Shown here: positions 32,576-41,087 of the stretch, one piece after another | Numbering within the stretch: the first letter of the stretch is position 1 | How the letters are laid out: each line of letters begins with the position of its first letter | Virus record (IMG/VR): IMGVR_UViG_3300045988_017048 | Location: 32,001-96,000 of that record | Strand: one strand, 5' to 3' | DNA from: a virus | DNA length: 64,000 nt | The notes under the pieces: generated by a model | The model's input: the letters and a program-made list of their open reading frames with translations, nothing else | What the model was told of the DNA's origin: nothing | The model's database searches: none | Position numbers and translations under genes: made by a program

Positions 32576-33526
32576 ATGAGAAGATTTAGAGATATTGTAG
32601 AAGATATTAAGGCACCAAGTCCCCAAAGCCTATGGCTTGATAAAGGAAAGCTGAAGTTCTTTGGAACTAAGGGATGGGCTTCAATGGTAGGTGAAGGGGA
32701 TGAGGATAGACAAGAGCTTGAGGAAAAGGTAGACAATCTTGATAAAGAAGTAGGTAATATACAGAAAGATGTAGCAGTGCTTAATAGTAAAGCTGTAATA
32801 GAGCTTGAAATAGGTAATAGTGAAAGTGTTAAGGCTAATAACTTGGCTAAACTACAAGCTATACAATCAGTAGACCATTTATTCTTTGCTGATATTGATT
32901 ATGGTTATGGTGCAGCTAAATGGCTACCTACTACAGGGGGAGAAGCCTTTATTGTAACAAGCAGTGGTAAAGCAGTTATTTATACTATAGCAATTGATGG
33001 TTCAGTAACTAAGACTGGTATTGATATAGACCTTGCAAATCCTAATACTGATATATTTGAAGTAGTTACAGAGTTACCTACTGAGAATATTTCTACCTCA
33101 AGGATTTATTGCGTACTTTCTTCAACAAAAGGAGAAGAAAATAAATATACTGAATATGCATATATAAAACAAACTGATGGACAATATGCTTGGGAAAAGA
33201 TGGGTGAGTTTAAAGCTGAACCTGATTTAAGTGATTATGCTAAAATAAATAGTCCTCATTTTACTGGACTAGTATCAGTGGATGGAGACCTAAAAATACC
33301 AAAGGGTATATTTGAAGTTGGCTATCTTAGTGTGAACTATGTAGCAAAAGAATCAGGAGTATATTTAAGAACAAGAAACATTATTGAGCAGTCTCCAACT
33401 AAAGCATTTGTTACAGATGGTAGTATTACTGATATAGGTACATCTGAATCATTTAAATTCACTCTTGAAGATGGTTCTACAGTAACAAAGTCAATAAGAG
33501 TAGTAAGTACAACTTCTGCAACTTAA
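32576..33526 (+). CDS. fibre-like structural protein
   Basis: 316 aa with an N-terminal coiled coil then a beta-rich region. Positioned between the portal and fibre genes. Confidence 0.5.
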   Translation: MRRFRDIVEDIKAPSPQSLWLDKGKLKFFGTKGWASMVGEGDEDRQELEEKVDNLDKEVGNIQKDVAVLNSKAVIELEIGNSESVKANNLAKLQAIQSVDHLFFADIDYGYGAAKWLPTTGGEAFIVTSSGKAVIYTIAIDGSVTKTGIDIDLANPNTDIFEVVTELPTENISTSRIYCVLSSTKGEENKYTEYAYIKQTDGQYAWEKMGEFKAEPDLSDYAKINSPHFTGLVSVDGDLKIPKGIFEVGYLSVNYVAKESGVYLRTRNIIEQSPTKAFVTDGSITDIGTSESFKFTLEDGSTVTKSIRVVSTTSAT

Positions 33527-33538
33527 AAAGAAATAATT

Positions 33539-35755
33539 ATGGATTTTAGTAAAGTAACTGCTATAGAAATACCTGAAGGTAAAGTAACTAAGATAGAAGA
33601 TAGTCAAGGTACAGTACTTTGGAGTGGGTTGGCTGACCCTAATGTGTATGCTTATGGCATTAGATGGAATCACAATGTTCCAGATAGTCAAGCTACTACT
33701 GCTTGTGAAAGAATTGGTAATCTTGAGTTACATAAAACTCTTCCTATTCAATCTAAGTTTGCATGTTGTGTGCATCAAGGTACTACTATTCAATATTGGT
33801 GTAATAAAAGAGACACTAGGTTCAGAAGATTATCAAGAAAAGTACAACAATATTATTGTAATTATGATACCTATCATATACAAATACCTATGCTAGGCGA
33901 TATTAATGTTGTACCTGCAAGTGCATTAGCAAGTCAGTTTAATACTTATAATATAGGAACTATTGATGATTGTAGAACACCTTCAGGAAGAATAGATGCT
34001 GTAATAAGCATATCAGATACTAATCTAACACAACAACAGTCAGAAGAAGTAACATTATTTAATACTACATATAAATATCTTTACATGTGGATTAAAATAA
34101 TATATACTGATACTGAGGGTGTAGAGCAAACTAACGTAGCAAGAGTTGAATATGTAGATACAGCTAAAAAAATAGCCTATTTAGCATTTGAAGACAGTAC
34201 TAAAGTAAATGCAACAATACAGGCATTACAGAATGAAGATGTCTATACTAATGGAGTATTTATAGAGTTAGGCAGCTCTTTAAATGGCTATGATGGTGAA
34301 GTAAGTGTATATACTCCTAAATTCTATATATGGTCTGTAGATAATGATGGTACTAATAATGAAGTATGGCAATCTGAAAAGAAATGTGTTGACTATGCTA
34401 GAGAAGTTAAAGCACATCTTATTGGTATAAGTAGATGTCCTGTGTTAAGCATAGCTATGAATGATGATAAATGGGGTTGGTTAAATACTTTATCTAATAA
34501 TACATCAGTCAGTGTTATTAACTATCAACCTAATCTTAGAGGTGGTGGAAATGGTAAGAATAGTGAAAGCGATTTCGACCATTATCTTGGTGATAATAAC
34601 TTTATAACAATGTTAGGTAAAGCTGCTACAGATATGTCACTTGATAACATGAGAACATATACTCAAAAGATAGAAGGCAGTCAAGTATTATATTATCAGA
34701 TATGGAATGCCATAGTATGGTGCTACTTCATAGAGTATGCTGACTTTGATGTAAAGAAGGCTTTTAATAGTAATTTAACTGATGAAGGATACCATCAAGG
34801 TGGTTTAGGTAATGGATTAATTACTATAAATAATTGGAGAGAATATAATTATAGATTACCAAATGTTCCTGTAGATTATACTTTAAGTATAGGTAATAAT
34901 ACTGGTATTATAACAAATCCATCACATTCTTTCTCCGTAAAATCAGAAGATAATTCTACTTGGGGTAGTTGGACTATGTATAGAATTACAGCTACTATTG
35001 ATAGTACTAATAGTAACATAGTAAATATTACATCTATTCCAAGAATTTATAATGATTGGATGATATATTCAACACCAACTAAAGTAGGTGGTACACATAA
35101 GTATAAAATAGAGGGTCTTACAGGAGGTCAAACTGTTGTATTTAAAAGACAACAAGGTAACTTAACTATCACAACAGATGGAGAATATGACGTTAATTGG
35201 GGTAGTAATTATGATAACAGAAATATTATATTTGGCTTAGTACAAAAAAGTTGTAATATAAAAATTACTATTTTAAGTTCTCCTGCAATTACATACACAT
35301 TTACTCAACTACAATTAAATGTACCTTGTTATAGAGGATTTAATACATTTTGGTATGGAGATATTTATATATTACTTGAAAATTTAATATCCTCTATATA
35401 TGATGACGAAAGATGTTTTTATTTTACAGATAATCCTAATAATTTTAGCAGCAACAAATACGATAAAGAACATTCCATATGTTATAAATATGCAGAAGAT
35501 GGTTGGGCTAAGAATATAAAAGTAGGTAAAACCGCAGATTTAATAATAGATAAAACTTCCAAGAATCCTAATTATTTAAACTCTTATAGATTTGATAGTG
35601 ACAGGGCACAACCACATGATAATCTATCTGCGACTATAGTTGGTGGTTCTGCTAGTGAAAATTCAAAATGTGGTTTGGCTTATATGTTAAGTGCATATAG
35701 CTCTTTAGAGAGAGATTCAGACATTGGTTTTGTTAAATGTTATATAATAGATTAA
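33539..35755 (+). CDS. tail fibre / receptor-binding protein candidate
   Basis: 738 aa, Asn/Thr/Tyr-rich and beta-type composition. It lies in the fibre cluster that ends at a strong terminator. Confidence 0.5.
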   Translation: MDFSKVTAIEIPEGKVTKIEDSQGTVLWSGLADPNVYAYGIRWNHNVPDSQATTACERIGNLELHKTLPIQSKFACCVHQGTTIQYWCNKRDTRFRRLSRKVQQYYCNYDTYHIQIPMLGDINVVPASALASQFNTYNIGTIDDCRTPSGRIDAVISISDTNLTQQQSEEVTLFNTTYKYLYMWIKIIYTDTEGVEQTNVARVEYVDTAKKIAYLAFEDSTKVNATIQALQNEDVYTNGVFIELGSSLNGYDGEVSVYTPKFYIWSVDNDGTNNEVWQSEKKCVDYAREVKAHLIGISRCPVLSIAMNDDKWGWLNTLSNNTSVSVINYQPNLRGGGNGKNSESDFDHYLGDNNFITMLGKAATDMSLDNMRTYTQKIEGSQVLYYQIWNAIVWCYFIEYADFDVKKAFNSNLTDEGYHQGGLGNGLITINNWREYNYRLPNVPVDYTLSIGNNTGIITNPSHSFSVKSEDNSTWGSWTMYRITATIDSTNSNIVNITSIPRIYNDWMIYSTPTKVGGTHKYKIEGLTGGQTVVFKRQQGNLTITTDGEYDVNWGSNYDNRNIIFGLVQKSCNIKITILSSPAITYTFTQLQLNVPCYRGFNTFWYGDIYILLENLISSIYDDERCFYFTDNPNNFSSNKYDKEHSICYKYAEDGWAKNIKVGKTADLIIDKTSKNPNYLNSYRFDSDRAQPHDNLSATIVGGSASENSKCGLAYMLSAYSSLERDSDIGFVKCYIID

Positions 35756-35889
35756 GTAGGTTCTATTAAAGAATAAAAAGATATTAAGTTATCCACTAGT
35801 ACAAATAGTAGCTAAAACAATTATATTAAAAATAGCATAAAAAGATTAAAAAGCCTGTGCTCATAGAATTAGAGAAACAGTTAGAAAAT

Positions 35890-36519
35890 ATGGGAAAAAT
35901 AAAGAAAATCTTAGAAAATGAATTAGTAGGAGGAACTCAAAGTACTGATGTATATCCTGTTACTTCTACTAAAGCTATATATGATGAGAATAATGTTAGA
36001 TTGGATACTATACTTAAACCTGCAACAAAAGAAGCTGCGGGTTTAATGAGTCCTGAGGATAAAAATAATATTGGGTCATTACAGACAGAAGTGACTAAGA
36101 AGTTTGATAAGGCTAATGTTGCTCAAGAAACAGGCAGTGCAACTGATAAAGTGATGTCACAGAAAGCAGTTAGTGATATTTTAAATGAATTTAGAACTGT
36201 TATTTCAAATGCAGCTATACATGTTGATGGAGGAATGGGAGTTCTTGATTTGAGTGTAGAGGTAGATAGTACTACAGTACTAGATAATCCAGTTGTTATG
36301 GGATTTTTTACTAATAGAGGAAAATTTTTGGCTATGAAAAATTCAGTTTGGTATTCTCATTGGAATGCTAATGTTTCTAAAAATATAGCTCCTTCCAGTA
36401 GGTATGGTATAGAAACTGATGATGGAGTTTTTCCTTTTAATAATCAAATATATAAAATTAAGAACCAAATTTATATCGCTAATTGTTCTAATGGTACTTG
36501 CACTATGAAAAAACTCTAA
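35890..36519 (+). CDS. fibre protein
   Basis: Contains ATKEAAGLMSPEDKNNI, a motif I recall from many phage fibre proteins (A-x-x-x-AGLMS-x-x-DK). ATG 35890 is preferred over GTG 35857. Confidence 0.55.
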   Translation: MGKIKKILENELVGGTQSTDVYPVTSTKAIYDENNVRLDTILKPATKEAAGLMSPEDKNNIGSLQTEVTKKFDKANVAQETGSATDKVMSQKAVSDILNEFRTVISNAAIHVDGGMGVLDLSVEVDSTTVLDNPVVMGFFTNRGKFLAMKNSVWYSHWNANVSKNIAPSSRYGIETDDGVFPFNNQIYKIKNQIYIANCSNGTCTMKKL

Positions 36520-36598
36520 ATCACTGACTTCATAAAACAAGGTGTAAATAAATCAGAATTTGGGAATCATAGATGAGACAAGATATAGGAATATAATA

Positions 36599-36636
36599 AG
36601 CACGGTGGTGTATATGACCATCACCGTGCTTTTATT
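36599..36636 (+). terminator. intrinsic terminator
   Basis: 12 bp stem AGCACGGTGGTG/CATCACCGTGCT followed by TTTTATT. Confidence 0.85.
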
Positions 36637-36673
36637 AATCTTTCTTTATTTAGATTTTAGATAAATATTTGTA

Positions 36674-37282
36674 ATGAAATTAAATTTATTTAAAGTTCTT
36701 TTTATAGTAAGTTTGTTGGGTATAGGTATATATATATGGGATGGACGACAGAATTTAAAAAAAGAAATATGTACATTAAGAAATAACCAAAAAGCATTTA
36801 TAGCAGAGAACTCATCCTTAAAGGATGAGAACAGAGCATTCAAGTTTACTGTAGAACAGCTTAACTACTACAATGACTCTATCTTACAAAAGATGAATGA
36901 TGTCAAAAAGGAGTTAAAGATAAAGGATAAGAATTTAAAGCAACTACAGTATCTTCTATCAGTATCTACTAAGAAAGATACAGTACTTTTTACTGATACA
37001 ATATTTAGAGATAAAAGTTTAGCATTAGATACAATTATAGGAGATAAATGGTATAATATAAGGTTGGGATTAAAATATCCTAACCTTATATATACTGAAC
37101 CTACATTTACTAGTGAGAAATATATTATAGTAAATAAGAAAAAAGAAACAGTAAATCCACCTAAGAAATTCTTTTTGTTTAGGTGGTTTCAAAGAAAGCA
37201 TTGGGTAATGGAAGTACATATAAAGGAGAAGAATCCCTACATAAAAGAAGTTAATAATAAATTTGTAGAGATTATAGAATAA
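36674..37282 (+). CDS. membrane-anchored coiled-coil protein
   Basis: N-terminal TM helix (LFKVLFIVSLLGIGIYIW), then a coiled coil. 202 aa. Confidence 0.55.
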   Translation: MKLNLFKVLFIVSLLGIGIYIWDGRQNLKKEICTLRNNQKAFIAENSSLKDENRAFKFTVEQLNYYNDSILQKMNDVKKELKIKDKNLKQLQYLLSVSTKKDTVLFTDTIFRDKSLALDTIIGDKWYNIRLGLKYPNLIYTEPTFTSEKYIIVNKKKETVNPPKKFFLFRWFQRKHWVMEVHIKEKNPYIKEVNNKFVEIIE

Positions 37283-37283
37283 T

Positions 37284-37661
37284 ATGGTTGATTTTGGAAT
37301 ATTAATTACTGGAGGTATAGGGCTTGTTACCACAATAGTCAGTGGTTGGACATCATGGTTTTTTGCAAGAAAGAAGTACAATAGTGAAGTTGACAGTAAC
37401 CTCATAAATAACATGAAAGAATCATTGGATTTTTATGAGAAGCTCTCCACTGATAATAGAGAGAGATTGGAAGAGGTACTAAAAAGAAATACAGAGTTAG
37501 AGCAGGAGGTGGGAGAACTTAGGAAACAGTTGTTTAACCTTATGAGTTCCATATGTACTGACCTTACCTGCCAGTTAAGGAAAAAAAACTTAAATCTTTT
37601 TAATGAGCATGGAATTAGTAGTGGACAGAAAATGGAAGAAGCAGAACTACACCATAAGTAA
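37284..37661 (+). CDS. membrane-anchored coiled-coil protein
   Basis: N-terminal TM helix (FGILITGGIGLVTTIVSGWTSWFF), then a coiled coil. 125 aa. Confidence 0.55.
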   Translation: MVDFGILITGGIGLVTTIVSGWTSWFFARKKYNSEVDSNLINNMKESLDFYEKLSTDNRERLEEVLKRNTELEQEVGELRKQLFNLMSSICTDLTCQLRKKNLNLFNEHGISSGQKMEEAELHHK

Positions 37662-38073
37662 TCTTACTATTGATGGAAAGTGGTTCTGTAATGTGCTTGA
37701 GGACAAAGATAGAAATCTTGACAGCTCTATGAGTATAGCTAAGATTAGGGAGTTGAAGAAGCCCTCAATTACAGCTATACCAAGAGGTACTTATGAGATT
37801 ATCTTAGATGTTATTTCTCCTAAGTACTGCACTAATAGTTTCTATAAGCAAGTGTGTAATGGTAAAGTACCAAGACTACTTAATGTAAAGGGATTTGAAG
37901 GTGTACTTATTCATGCTGGTAATACTGAAAAAGATTCAGCAGGATGCCTATTAGTAGGTGTCAATAAAGTTAAGGGTCAGGTAATAAATAGCAGAGAGAC
38001 ATTTAAAGAGCTATACAAGCTCCTTAAAGACAAGCATGATGAAGGTGAAAAAATAACAATTAAAATTTTATAA
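37603..38073 (+). CDS. DUF5675-like protein (possible cell-wall enzyme)
   Basis: TISNLTIDGKWFCNVLED ... PRLLNVKGFEGVLIHAGNTEKDSAGCLLVG matches my recollection of the DUF5675 family. It overlaps the previous ORF by 59 nt. Confidence 0.5.
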   Translation: MSMELVVDRKWKKQNYTISNLTIDGKWFCNVLEDKDRNLDSSMSIAKIRELKKPSITAIPRGTYEIILDVISPKYCTNSFYKQVCNGKVPRLLNVKGFEGVLIHAGNTEKDSAGCLLVGVNKVKGQVINSRETFKELYKLLKDKHDEGEKITIKIL

Positions 38074-38075
38074 TC

Positions 38076-38174
38076 ATGGCAAGAAGAACAGGTAGAGCAA
38101 AGCCTATGACAGCTAAAGCTGGTGTCACTAAGACTAAGAGAAGATATGCTTGTGGTGGCAAAATGAAAAAGTGA
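38076..38174 (+). CDS. possible 32 aa highly basic peptide (below track threshold)
   Basis: MARRTGRAKPMTAKAGVTKTKRRYACGGKMKK-stop. Its TGA shares an A with the next ATG (TGATG). Confidence 0.35.
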   Translation: MARRTGRAKPMTAKAGVTKTKRRYACGGKMKK

Positions 38175-38401
38175 TGAACAAGTTATTATACAAGATAGAG
38201 TTGTGTTTAGTAAAAGTAATACCTATGATTTACGCATTACTTAGTTTATTGAATACAACTCTATCTTACTTTGGTATTGATGTAGTAATACTAAGTTATA
38301 TTGGTAGTGTATCTTTTATAACATTATTACTCTTGTATGTCACATCTTATGTATTAAGTTTTGTGAGTATCACAGGATGTTTATACATTATACTACTATA
38401 A
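38174..38401 (+). CDS. small membrane protein (holin-like candidate)
   Basis: ATG at 38174 (MNKLLYKIELCLVKVIPMIYALLSLL...). 75 aa with 2-3 hydrophobic helices. Confidence 0.5.
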   Translation: MNKLLYKIELCLVKVIPMIYALLSLLNTTLSYFGIDVVILSYIGSVSFITLLLLYVTSYVLSFVSITGCLYIILL

Positions 38402-38559
38402 CTTGGATACTAAATATAATAGATTTGTATATAGGAATACCTGTTAGTGATATTTGGTATTTAGGCATCCAATTAATAATAGCAGGCATTTCATTATTCA
38501 TAATACTTTATTTATATGTTAAAAGTTATAAGAAGCCTACTGTTAAAGATAGTAGATGA
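38377..38559 (+). CDS. small membrane protein
   Basis: 60 aa with two hydrophobic helices. It overlaps the previous ORF by 25 nt in another frame. Confidence 0.4.
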   Translation: MFIHYTTITWILNIIDLYIGIPVSDIWYLGIQLIIAGISLFIILYLYVKSYKKPTVKDSR

Positions 38560-38848
38560 TATTGATGCAGGTAATTCAAATATATCTGAGGGAGAAGCTA
38601 TAGAAATAGTGGATAGTTTGAAGAGGTTTACTGATAAGGAGAAGAGATTAAGCAAGTATGCAGCCTGTGAATATTTGAATGTCAGTAGAGCAACTTTTGA
38701 CAACTATGTTAGAGAAGGAAAATTACCAAGAGGTAAGCATGAGATAGGTTTCAAAGAATTAAGTTGGTCTAAGAAAGAGTTAGATGAGTTTGTCAAGAAG
38801 TGTAGAGATGACACTCTCTTGCGCAGCAAGAAACACTCTCTTGCTTAG
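38516..38848 (+). CDS. helix-turn-helix DNA-binding protein (MerR/excisionase-type HTH)
   Basis: LSKYAACEYLNVSRATFDNYVREGKLPRGKH is a typical HTH_17-like segment. Confidence 0.6.
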   Translation: MLKVIRSLLLKIVDDIDAGNSNISEGEAIEIVDSLKRFTDKEKRLSKYAACEYLNVSRATFDNYVREGKLPRGKHEIGFKELSWSKKELDEFVKKCRDDTLLRSKKHSLA

Positions 38849-38893
38849 TAACTAATCTAATAGAACTGTATAATGTAATTAGGAGGAGAGGAT

Positions 38894-39238
38894 ATGATAA
38901 CACAAAAGAGAATGATAATACCTATATTTAACTACAAACTTACTGTAGTCATATTTGATAAATGGGAGGAGTTAGAGAGGTTTCTTCCAAAGGAAGAATA
39001 TGAGGAGGAGGCCAAGGCTATAACCATAAATCAATATGGAGCATCTCTTGTGGCTATCAATTCTAAGAGAGGAAGCAGTATTATCCATGAAGCTGAGCAT
39101 ATAAAGAACTCTATATGGAGATATATAGGCTATACTCCTCAAGAGGATAATGATGAGGTGGATGCTTACCTTATAACCTACATATATGACAAGATAACAG
39201 ATGTTTTCTATAAACATGATAGATTAATAAAGAGTTAG
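38894..39238 (+). CDS. small HExxH-motif protein (possible metallopeptidase)
   Basis: IIHEAEHIKN (HExxH) in 114 aa. It is preceded by a strong SD-like AGGAGGAGAGG. Confidence 0.5.
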   Translation: MITQKRMIIPIFNYKLTVVIFDKWEELERFLPKEEYEEEAKAITINQYGASLVAINSKRGSSIIHEAEHIKNSIWRYIGYTPQEDNDEVDAYLITYIYDKITDVFYKHDRLIKS

Positions 39239-39264
39239 CAACATAATGCTAACTCTTTTGTTTT
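39231..39264 (+). terminator. intrinsic terminator 1 of a tandem pair
   Basis: 10 bp stem AGAGTTAGCA/TGCTAACTCT (includes the stop codon) followed by TTTTGTTTT. Confidence 0.8.
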
Positions 39265-39267
39265 ATA

Positions 39268-39304
39268 ACCCCCTTAGAGTCAAGGCTTTAAGGGGGTATT
39301 TTTA
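39268..39304 (+). terminator. intrinsic terminator 2 of a tandem pair
   Basis: 9 bp stem ACCCCCTTA/TAAGGGGGT followed by ATTTTTAT. Confidence 0.7.
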
Positions 39305-39328
39305 TGCCTATTAGCATTGATAGGCATC

Positions 39329-39351
39329 TTGAGAAATATTACTTATCTTTG
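39329..39351 (+). promoter_or_regulatory. Bacteroidota-type -7 element (TATCTTTG), atypical -33 spacing
   Basis: TATCTTTG at 39344-39351. The nearest upstream TTG is only 12 nt away. Confidence 0.45.
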
Positions 39352-39409
39352 TTTCCAGTAAGCTTACAGAAGAGAGATAAAACAATAACTAATTTCAAAA
39401 ATTGCTACT

Positions 39410-39727
39410 ATGGAAATAATTGAGAAGCAAGTAGAAAAGGTAAAGGAAGTTCCTACTGATGGCTACTATGGTGATGGTAGAAGAGATGTCAATGGTAAGG
39501 CTAATGCAGGTCTTACTCTTGGTATTATAGGTACTGCACTTGGTGCTTGGGCACTATTTGGTAATAGAAGAAGTAGTGGTCTATTGGGTCTTGCTGGTTC
39601 AGGTATGGGAGGCTCAAACATTAATGGTATAGAACAGAAAATAGTTGAATCTGCTATTGTATTCTGGTTTAAGGATGTAGATTGCAAAGCTGAAAACAAG
39701 GTAGTAGAATATCTTGGAGAATACTAA
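39410..39727 (+). CDS. glycine-zipper membrane protein (moron-like, own promoter and terminator)
   Basis: GLTLGIIGTALGAWALFG...GLLGLAGSGMGGS in 105 aa. Confidence 0.55.
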   Translation: MEIIEKQVEKVKEVPTDGYYGDGRRDVNGKANAGLTLGIIGTALGAWALFGNRRSSGLLGLAGSGMGGSNINGIEQKIVESAIVFWFKDVDCKAENKVVEYLGEY

Positions 39728-39733
39728 TAAGAT

Positions 39734-39765
39734 AAGGGTAAGAGATAATCTTACCCTTTCTTTTT
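39734..39765 (+). terminator. intrinsic terminator
   Basis: 10 bp stem AAGGGTAAGA/TCTTACCCTT followed by TCTTTTT. Confidence 0.8.
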
Positions 39766-39817
39766 GCCTATACTACAAGTATTTTATTTAAATAAACAAA
39801 GTATTTTATTTATTATA

Positions 39818-39848
39818 TTGTAGGTATGCAAAACTTTATTTACCTTTG
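39818..39848 (+). promoter_or_regulatory. Bacteroidota-type promoter of the capsid operon
   Basis: TTG at 39818-39820, a 20 nt spacer, then TACCTTTG at 39841-39848. Confidence 0.65.
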
Positions 39849-39878
39849 CACTGTTTAAGAACAAAAAGGTAGAAGAGT

Positions 39879-41045
39879 ATGGAAGAAGAACTTAGCTTAG
39901 ATAACATCTTAGGAGCAGAGGAAATTGAGAATCTGTTTGTAGAAGATGAGAATACACAGGACCCACCTGCAAATGGGGAACCTCCTAAGAAAGAGGAGGA
40001 GTCAAGTGATGACAAAAAAGAAGAAACTACTGAGGTTGTTGATGTAGATAACTTGTTTACTGAAGCACCAGAGAGCGTAGGTAGTGGAAAAGAAAATACA
40101 GAGGAAAAGGAAGATACCACTCCTAAAGGGGATGGCACTTCTCCCAAAAACTTCTACTCTTCCATTGCCAAAGCCTTGAAAGAGGAAGGTATCTTCCCAA
40201 ACCTTGATGATGAAGGTTTATCTAAGGTTAAAGACCCTGAAGACTTTAGAGATTTGATTGACCAACAGATAAAGGCAGGTCTTGATGAGAGGCAGAAAAG
40301 AATTGATGAAGCCTTGAATGCTGGAGTTGAATCTACAGAGATTAGAAAGTATGAGAATACTATAAACTTCCTTGGTTCTATTAAGGAAGAAGATGTCTCT
40401 GATGAAGGTGATAAGGGAGAGAAACTTAGAAAAGACCTAATTTATCAAGACTTTATCAATAGAGGTTATAGTAAGGAAAGAGCTGCAAGAGAAGTACAGA
40501 AGTCTTTCAATGCTGGTACTGATATTGATGATGCAAAAGAGGCTTTGGAAAGTAATATTGGCTTCTTCAAAGATAAGTATGATGAGCTTGTCAATGAGGC
40601 TAAGTCAGAAGCAGAACAGGAAGAGAAGGAAAGAAAAGAACAGGCTGAAAAGCTTAAATCATCAATCCTTAATGACAAGGAAGTGTTTGGGGATTTATCA
40701 GTAGATAAATCTACAAGACAGAAGATTTATGATAATATAGCTAAGCCTGTGTATAAAGACCCAGAGACAGGAGAGTACTTTACTGCTATCCAAAAGTATG
40801 AGATGGAGAACAGGACAGACTTCCTAAAGAACATTGGGCTACTTTTCACACTAACTGATGGCTTTAAGAACCTTGATGGTTTGGTGAAAGGTAAAGTAAA
40901 GAAAGAAGTAAAGAAAGGTCTTAGAGAGCTGGAACATACTCTCAACAACACAGCAAGAACCTCAGATGGTAATCTAAAGTTTGTCAGTGGAGTTGATGAG
41001 GACCCTGAATCCTTTATTGGTAAAGGGTGGAACCTTGATGTCTAA
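39879..41045 (+). CDS. acidic coiled-coil protein (scaffolding protein candidate)
   Basis: 388 aa, very Glu/Asp/Lys-rich, immediately upstream of the capsid gene. Confidence 0.45.
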   Translation: MEEELSLDNILGAEEIENLFVEDENTQDPPANGEPPKKEEESSDDKKEETTEVVDVDNLFTEAPESVGSGKENTEEKEDTTPKGDGTSPKNFYSSIAKALKEEGIFPNLDDEGLSKVKDPEDFRDLIDQQIKAGLDERQKRIDEALNAGVESTEIRKYENTINFLGSIKEEDVSDEGDKGEKLRKDLIYQDFINRGYSKERAAREVQKSFNAGTDIDDAKEALESNIGFFKDKYDELVNEAKSEAEQEEKERKEQAEKLKSSILNDKEVFGDLSVDKSTRQKIYDNIAKPVYKDPETGEYFTAIQKYEMENRTDFLKNIGLLFTLTDGFKNLDGLVKGKVKKEVKKGLRELEHTLNNTARTSDGNLKFVSGVDEDPESFIGKGWNLDV

Positions 41046-41087
41046 GCCCATAATATAGAGTAAAATAACTGATAAATTTAAGTAAAA

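Noticed and set aside
36640-36673. AATATTTG just upstream of ATG 36674, considered as a promoter -7 element.
   Set aside because: It does not fit TAnnTTTG (positions 1-2 are AA), and it ends only 4 nt before the start codon.
39836-40147. Minus-strand Ser-rich 103 aa ORF, and the minus-strand Pro-rich ORF 54281..54634.
   Set aside because: These are compositional mirrors of the Glu/Lys-rich (39879..41045) and Gly-rich (54222..) plus-strand genes.
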